Source: Candidatus Xenobia bacterium (GTDB lineage: Bacteria; Vulcanimicrobiota; Xenobia; Xenobiales; JADMJV01). From it: a DNA stretch of 64,000 bases. Below are positions 58,682 to 64,000 of the stretch, piece after piece. The translations under genes were made by a program, and so were the position numbers. The DNA is taken from positions 4,426 to 68,425 of the forward strand of contig JBBKWP010000282.1 of NCBI GenBank assembly GCA_037968995.1, in the 5' to 3' direction. The notes beneath the pieces were generated by a model. The model was not told the DNA's origin and ran no database searches. It saw only the letters and a list, made by a program, of their open reading frames with translations. Within the stretch, counting starts at the first letter, position 1; every line of letters begins with the position of its first letter.

Positions 58682-61164
58682 CCCTCGTCGACGCGGTTTT
58701 GGCCCAGCTAGGAAGAGCCGATCTTCCGGTCCAAGACGTTCTCCCCAACCTGACCAACCAACTTCAAACCAACCCAAACTTATGCGCGCTCATCGCACCG
58801 CCCGGCAGCGGCAAAACGCTGTTGGCTCCCATTTGGCTCTGGGAAACCGGCTCCTATCACCGGGTTTTCGTATTCCAGCCGCGTCGAGTGACCGCTCGTC
58901 TGCCGGCCTTGATGTTGCGGCAGGCCTGCGGTGCGACGGTCGGCTATCGCATCAGATTTGAACAGATGTGGGACGAATCCCGGACCAAAGTGGGCTTTTT
59001 AACCTATGGGACCGCTCTACGCACCTTTACCGACCAGAGGCCCAAGAAGCGCGATTTGTGGATCTTTGACGAGTTTCACGAGCGCCCATGGGAAGCCGAC
59101 CTCTTGTTGACTTTCGCCCGAACCCTCCAGAGTCGGGCGGCCGGACCCAGTGTCCTGTTGATGTCGGCGACTCTCGACAAAAAGGGATTACCGCCGCAAA
59201 CACCGTGCATAGAAAGCGACGGACGACTATTCCCCGTAAATATAAGCTGGGAAGTTCGAGAACCGCCGACGAGCAGTGACTCCATAGGATTGGCCAAGCT
59301 GATCGCTCGGCGCTCCTCGGAGCTTAGAGACGAGACGGCCGGCGAGCAGCTAATCTTCCTACCAAGTATGGCCTCCATCCGAGCCGTGGAGAAGACGTTG
59401 ATCTCAGATTCTCTTCCCGGTCCGGTGGACGTTCTGCACTCCGCCATCGACGAATCTAACCTGCGCCGGGTTGTGGAGCGACGGACCGATGCCGGATTCC
59501 GAAGAGTGCTCTCTACAAATATTGGAGAATCTTCCATCACTCTGCCGGGCATCGCCGTGGTGATTGACGCCGGTCTTCAGCGGCGTCCTTACAATAACGC
59601 CTTGGGACTGGGGGTGGACCTCCACAACGTGCGGGCACCTCGCGCGTCGCTGTCTCAACGAGCAGGTCGTGCCGGTCGCCTCCGAGCGGGTCGCTGTCAC
59701 CGCCTGTTCACCCAAGCCGACGAGTTGCACAGGAAAGACTTCGCTCCACCTGAGATTCAGTCCGTCGACCCTCGAACATTGGCGCTGCATCTCGCTTCCT
59801 TGGGGCTCCTGGGCTCCTGGAAATCGCTCCAATGGGCGACCCCTCCCCAACCGCGCCAACTCCAGCAGGCGCACCAATGGTTAAAAGATAACGACCTGCT
59901 CCAGGTCGACGACTTTCTCAATTCTCGAGGCCTTAGGGTCCTTGAGGCTGCCTGCTCCCCGCGGGTCGGGCTCTTCGGACTGCTGGCCTGGGAGTCTCAC
60001 TGGTCCGCGACGCGAATCGCAGACTGGACCTACGCTTTGGAAACGGGACCAGACCGCTCAGCGGAGAGGCAAGCGAGGACTCTGACCGAACTGCTGGAGG
60101 ACCGTGAGTGGATGAAGCGCCGGGATTCGCGTCTTTTGGCGAGTCTTAAGCAAACGTTCGATACGCCCGCATCCCGAAGCCCTGGCCAGCCGACGCCGCC
60201 TTCCACTCCATCTCAAATTCTTTTGAAAGCTTACGGCGACACCTTGGTGCAACTTTACGAGAACCGGGCGATCTCCCGGAACGTCGACCAAGAGGCCTTT
60301 TTCTTTCAAAGTCAGGATCCCGTCGATCGGCAGTTCGCGGTTCTTCTGCGCACATCGCCCTCCGGTGGGAGCGGAGCCAAATCACAAGTCAGCCTTTATG
60401 AGAAGGTCTCGACAGAAGAGGTGTGGGAGGAACTGTTCGCAGACCTCACCGAGACCCAAGAGTTGATTTGGAATCCGAAAACCAAGACAGTCAAAGAGGT
60501 CTGTCGAACCTTCATAGGTGCGCTTCTTCTCGAGAAGAGTTCCCGTCCGGTCCATCCTGGACCAGAAGCAGGTACGGTTCTGGAAAAACACCTCTCCATC
60601 AGCGACTTTGGCCAACAGTACCAGGAACTGGCCCGTCGTTTGGAGCTTTATTTCCAAGTCCATCCTGAACATTTCGAACATCTATCACCGGTCGCGGCCG
60701 GAGGCCCCCAAACGTCGACAGACCTTCTCGATGGGCTTCGACGAACCTATTTAGACACCGTCACGACCTGGCGTTCTTCCAGCCCGGAAGCTTTGAAAAG
60801 CCACATTCTTCAGACTCTTGGTTATCCGCTGGCCAAAAAGCTCGACGATGCCCTTCCGACCTCACTCCACCTCCCCCGCCGCCGTCGACCAGCGAACGTT
60901 GTCTACACTGACGACGGACCGCCCTATGTAGCCTCCAAATTGCAAGATTTCTTCGGTTGGACCCCGCCGGTGCTTTTGCGGGGCCGCCTGAAGCTCGTCT
61001 TTCATCTGCTGGCTCCCAACGGGCGACCAGCTCAAATCACCGAAGATCTCGACGGTTTTTGGCGGGGCAGCTATCAACAGGTGCGTAAAGACTTGCGTGG
61101 CCGCTATCCCAAACACGAGTGGCCGGTCGACCCCGCCGTTGCAGGGCAAGGAGACGACCGCTGA
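58678..61164 (+). CDS. hrpB: ATP-dependent RNA helicase HrpB (DEAH-box)
   Basis: 828 aa. Motifs 'APPGSGKT', 'FDEFHER', 'MSATLD', 'TNIGESSITLPG' and 'QRAGRAGR' are present, with the HrpB C-terminal domain. GTGA overlap with the upstream gene. Confidence 0.85.
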   Translation: MTLVDAVLAQLGRADLPVQDVLPNLTNQLQTNPNLCALIAPPGSGKTLLAPIWLWETGSYHRVFVFQPRRVTARLPALMLRQACGATVGYRIRFEQMWDESRTKVGFLTYGTALRTFTDQRPKKRDLWIFDEFHERPWEADLLLTFARTLQSRAAGPSVLLMSATLDKKGLPPQTPCIESDGRLFPVNISWEVREPPTSSDSIGLAKLIARRSSELRDETAGEQLIFLPSMASIRAVEKTLISDSLPGPVDVLHSAIDESNLRRVVERRTDAGFRRVLSTNIGESSITLPGIAVVIDAGLQRRPYNNALGLGVDLHNVRAPRASLSQRAGRAGRLRAGRCHRLFTQADELHRKDFAPPEIQSVDPRTLALHLASLGLLGSWKSLQWATPPQPRQLQQAHQWLKDNDLLQVDDFLNSRGLRVLEAACSPRVGLFGLLAWESHWSATRIADWTYALETGPDRSAERQARTLTELLEDREWMKRRDSRLLASLKQTFDTPASRSPGQPTPPSTPSQILLKAYGDTLVQLYENRAISRNVDQEAFFFQSQDPVDRQFAVLLRTSPSGGSGAKSQVSLYEKVSTEEVWEELFADLTETQELIWNPKTKTVKEVCRTFIGALLLEKSSRPVHPGPEAGTVLEKHLSISDFGQQYQELARRLELYFQVHPEHFEHLSPVAAGGPQTSTDLLDGLRRTYLDTVTTWRSSSPEALKSHILQTLGYPLAKKLDDALPTSLHLPRRRRPANVVYTDDGPPYVASKLQDFFGWTPPVLLRGRLKLVFHLLAPNGRPAQITEDLDGFWRGSYQQVRKDLRGRYPKHEWPVDPAVAGQGDDR

Positions 61165-61182
61165 TGATGGAAGGGCGCCGGC

Positions 61183-62184
61183 ATGCCCACAGACGACCAA
61201 AGCTTATCGAGCAGCCAGGACGACTCGAGACCACAGCGAGGCGAGATAACGACACGCGCCCTAGTCATCAACGACCTCAAAAAGACCTATCACGGCAATA
61301 TTGAAGCTTTAAAAGGCGTCAGTTTAGAAGTCGCCGATGGCGATTTTTTCGCTCTGCTGGGCCCAAACGGTGCCGGAAAGTCCACATTGATAGGAATCTT
61401 AACCGGCCTAGTCAACAAAACTTCTGGAGAAGTCGCCGTCTATGGTCACGACATCGACAAAGAAGTCAGCGTGGTCAAATCTTGCCTGGGTGTGGTCCCA
61501 CAAGAGTTCAACTTCAACGTTTTCGAATCGGTCTTGAACACGGTCATTTTCCAGGCCGGCTATTACGGTATCCCACGGTCTGTCGCCATGCCGAGAGCCG
61601 AGAAGATCTTGAAAGAGCTCTCTCTTTGGGACAAACGTGACCAACCGGGACGCAACCTTTCGGGCGGGATGAAACGTCGCCTCATGTTGGCCAGAGCCTT
61701 GGTTAACCAGCCTCGTCTGCTCATTCTCGACGAGCCGACGGCCGGGCTTGACATTGAGCTTCGCCGCTCGCTTTGGGATTTTTTGATCGACCTAAACGCC
61801 GCCGGCACAACCATCATACTCACCACCCACTATTTAGAGGAAGCCGAACACCTGTGCCGCAACGTGGCCATTATCGACGAAGGTCGACTCCTGATGTCAG
61901 AACCGGTTCAAGTCTTTTTGAAGAAACTCGAGACCCAAAGTTTGGTCTTCGAACTCACCGAGGACTGTGACGCTTTTCCAGAACTCGGCTCCCGCCTTTC
62001 TGGCAAGCTACTCGACTCGAAGCGGCTAGAAATCCGGGTGCCGAGAGACGTCACTTTCAACGAAGTCTTTCAACGTCTCGAGAAAGCCGGCCTGACGGTG
62101 GAGGGCCTTCGCAACAAGTCCAATCGCATCGAAGAACTCTTCATCGACCTAGTGGGCAAGAAGAAGGAAGGGCTTCAGATATGA
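61183..62184 (+). CDS. ABC-2-type transporter ATP-binding protein (YadG-like)
   Basis: Walker A 'GPNGAGKST', signature 'LSGGMKRRL' and Walker B 'LLILDEPTAGLD' are present. Confidence 0.88.
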   Translation: MPTDDQSLSSSQDDSRPQRGEITTRALVINDLKKTYHGNIEALKGVSLEVADGDFFALLGPNGAGKSTLIGILTGLVNKTSGEVAVYGHDIDKEVSVVKSCLGVVPQEFNFNVFESVLNTVIFQAGYYGIPRSVAMPRAEKILKELSLWDKRDQPGRNLSGGMKRRLMLARALVNQPRLLILDEPTAGLDIELRRSLWDFLIDLNAAGTTIILTTHYLEEAEHLCRNVAIIDEGRLLMSEPVQVFLKKLETQSLVFELTEDCDAFPELGSRLSGKLLDSKRLEIRVPRDVTFNEVFQRLEKAGLTVEGLRNKSNRIEELFIDLVGKKKEGLQI

Positions 62185-62954
62185 ATCGGCAGCAACTTTG
62201 GGTGGCATTTACCACTATCGTAAAGAAAGAGGTCGTCCGTTTCCTGCGTATCTGGACTCAGACGATTCTGCCCCCAGCCATCACGATGGGGATCTACTTT
62301 GTGGTTTTCGGTCGCTTTTTAGGTGATCGCATCCAAAACTTTGGAGACTTTACGTATATTGAATTTATTGTTCCGGGCTTAGTGATGATGGCTGTCATCA
62401 CCAACTCTTTCACCAACGTGGCCTCCTCTTTTTTCTCGTCAAAGTTCCAGAGGTCTGTGGAAGAGATGTTGGTGAGTCCCATCCCAGACTGGCTGTTGGT
62501 GAGCGCCTACGTTGTGGGCGGGGCCGTTCGAGGGATCATGGTAGGAGTGATGGTGGTGGTGGTCAGCCTTTTCTTCACCAAACTCTCCATTCACTCGCTC
62601 CCATTGGTGATCGTGTTCCTCGTGCTGACGGCGCTGACATTCTCCACCGCCGGCTTCGCGAATGGAATGATGGCGTCCAAATTTGACGACATCGCTATCG
62701 TGCCGACCTTCGTCTTGACCCCTTTGACCTACTTTGGCGGTGTCTTCTACAGCATCGACCTTCTCCCCGATTTTTGGCGTGGCTTGAGTAAGGCCAATCC
62801 CATCTTGTACATGGTCAACGGACTTCGATACGGATTTTTGGGGGTGAGTGATATACCAGTGGCCGCCGGCTTAGTCATGCTCACCTTTTTCTTCCTAGCA
62901 ACCTTTGCACTTTGTCTCATACTCATGAAGAAGGGAAAGGGGTTGCGATCCTAG
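62181..62954 (+). CDS. ABC-2-type transporter permease (YadH-like)
   Basis: 257 aa with 6 TM helices. The N-terminus 'VKKEVVRFLRIWTQTILPP' is typical of ABC-2 permeases. ATGA overlap with the ATPase gene. Confidence 0.85.
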   Translation: MNRQQLWVAFTTIVKKEVVRFLRIWTQTILPPAITMGIYFVVFGRFLGDRIQNFGDFTYIEFIVPGLVMMAVITNSFTNVASSFFSSKFQRSVEEMLVSPIPDWLLVSAYVVGGAVRGIMVGVMVVVVSLFFTKLSIHSLPLVIVFLVLTALTFSTAGFANGMMASKFDDIAIVPTFVLTPLTYFGGVFYSIDLLPDFWRGLSKANPILYMVNGLRYGFLGVSDIPVAAGLVMLTFFFLATFALCLILMKKGKGLRS

Positions 62955-62980
62955 CGGTGGGTTAAAGGGTCGTTTTCAAC

Positions 62981-63517
62981 TTGGACGAACGCGCTCCCAT
63001 GGCGACTTCAGAACATACGAAAAAATTTGGTGATGTCCATCCGTTGGGGCATCTTCTCGACGACTGGGCCGAATGGGTGGCGGAGCACGGAGATGGTTCA
63101 GTGGTCATCGAGTACGACGAAGACGATGACTCCTTTTTGGTTAACCGCGACGGCCGCAGAGCCGTTCTTTACACCTCGGACATTGACGAGAAGTTTTATG
63201 GTGAGGCTCAGGCGCTCTTCGCGGAAGCCGAAATCGGGATCCCTCCTCAACACCTGGACTGGAGTCAAACCCTCAAATTCTCAGGGAACGAACTCGTGCT
63301 GTCTCGTATTTCGTTGTCCGAGCGCGGCGACAACACCGTCCTGCTCGTCGAGGGTGCGGTACCCCTTTCTAAGATAGATTTCGCCCTTTTCGATCTGATG
63401 GTGCGAGAAGTGGCGACCATCGCGCGAGATCTTCGACGCCACCTCGCCGACGTTCTTGAGCCAGCCAAAACGAGTTCCGTAGTGGAAGCTGAAGAAGAGG
63501 CAAGCGCCGCGGGATAA
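62981..63517 (+). CDS. Acidic hypothetical protein
   Basis: 178-aa ORF (TTG start; ATG 62999 is an alternative). No motif recognised. Confidence 0.4.
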   Translation: MDERAPMATSEHTKKFGDVHPLGHLLDDWAEWVAEHGDGSVVIEYDEDDDSFLVNRDGRRAVLYTSDIDEKFYGEAQALFAEAEIGIPPQHLDWSQTLKFSGNELVLSRISLSERGDNTVLLVEGAVPLSKIDFALFDLMVREVATIARDLRRHLADVLEPAKTSSVVEAEEEASAAG

Positions 63518-63608
63518 AGTGTCCCGGTTAACATTGCGTCAACACACGGGAAGCCGTGGGCTGGTATGGTGGACTTAGGGAGAGAGAAATCTTTTTAAGG
63601 ACACAACC

Positions 63609-64000
63609 ATGATTAGGACCCGCACCCTTCTACTATATATCTTTTGCCTGGGAGTATTGACTGCATCCGTTAGCGCTCAGGTGCGCTTCGACGTCTACTC
63701 CAACCCCTACTCAGGACCTGGAGTTAACATCTCCGTAGGGAATTCCGGCAACTGCCAACCAGCATATAACCGGTCCGGTTACTATAACAGCCCGGTCGTC
63801 TATCAACAGCCCGTTCGCGGTAGGGGTCGCCGAGGATACCGTGTGGTCAACGCCAACCAGGGATATTACCAACAGGTCAACAACGGCTATTATGTCGCTC
63901 AACCTGTCGTGAACCCGGGTTATGGACAAGGTTACTACAATCAAGGCTATTATAATCAGGGTTACAACAACCAGGGTTACAATAATCAGGGTTACTACAA
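63609..64000 (+). CDS. Secreted Q/N/G/Y-rich repeat protein (3' end outside window)
   Basis: The ORF is absent from the ORF track because no stop codon is reached. ATG 63609 has AAGGA about 7 nt upstream. The signal peptide is 'MIRTRTLLLYIFCLGVLTASVSA|Q'. The frame stays open to nt 64000 and ends in (Q-G-Y-[YN]-N)n. Confidence 0.6.
   Translation, partial: MIRTRTLLLYIFCLGVLTASVSAQVRFDVYSNPYSGPGVNISVGNSGNCQPAYNRSGYYNSPVVYQQPVRGRGRRGYRVVNANQGYYQQVNNGYYVAQPVVNPGYGQGYYNQGYYNQGYNNQGYNNQGYY
63927..64000 (+). repeat. Tandem 15-nt coding repeat (CA[AG]GG[TC]TA[CT]-[TA]A[CT]-AA[CT]), at least 4.9 copies, truncated by window end
   Basis: Direct reading gives caaggttactacaat / caaggctattataat / cagggttacaacaac / cagggttacaataat / cagggttactacaa. 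Confidence 0.85.

Noticed and set aside
63927-64000. A regular 15-nt tandem repeat at the window end, considered as a possible CRISPR or satellite array.
   Set aside because: There are no spacers between units. The repeat is in frame within a signal-peptide-bearing ORF and varies mainly at synonymous positions, so it is a coding pentapeptide repeat.

Overview
This is a 64-kb, gene-dense chromosomal segment from a moderately GC-rich bacterium of Gram-negative type. That typing rests on a lipobox lipoprotein and on prepilin-type pseudopilins. The window also holds many c-di-GMP, TPR and Ser/Thr-kinase genes. The lineage cannot be determined from the sequence alone; a Bdellovibrionota- or Myxococcota-like organism is only a guess. 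I call about 57 protein-coding genes, 2 intrinsic terminators and a few candidate regulatory repeats. I saw no rRNA, tRNA, CRISPR array, transposase, integrase or prophage genes.

Most genes are housekeeping: mfd, rph, serC, pncB, a PcrA/UvrD-type helicase, hrpB, glgC, tcdA, cutA, a ferredoxin and an ABC-2 exporter. They sit in long, translationally coupled strings with ATGA, GTGA or TGATG overlaps.

Things that stand out:
1. A four-gene TPR / DUF2760-like / Hsp70 / long-Hsp70 operon (18.6-25.2 kb) has no J-domain or GrpE partner. It is the best candidate for an uncharacterised system.
2. There are two complete NAD-dependent DNA ligase genes. The second carries a roughly 57-aa charged insertion in the adenylation domain.
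3. A seven-gene coupled operon joins tcdA, three enzymes of unknown role and cofD-cofC-cofE. No FO synthase is present in the window.
4. An orphan minor-pilin-like trio ends in a 643-aa PilX-like protein.
5. Catalytically degenerate enzyme-like domains recur:
   - a PMM-like module fused to an NDP-sugar pyrophosphorylase;
   - an EADDF GGDEF domain;
   - a GGGIG spermidine-synthase-like protein coupled to an active diguanylate cyclase;
   - a GlgD-like partner of GlgC;
   - an ASKHA-like protein.

All functional calls come from motif recognition by eye; no database search was run. Sub-gene coordinates were derived by residue arithmetic from the ORF track. Intergenic motif coordinates may be off by 1-2 nt.
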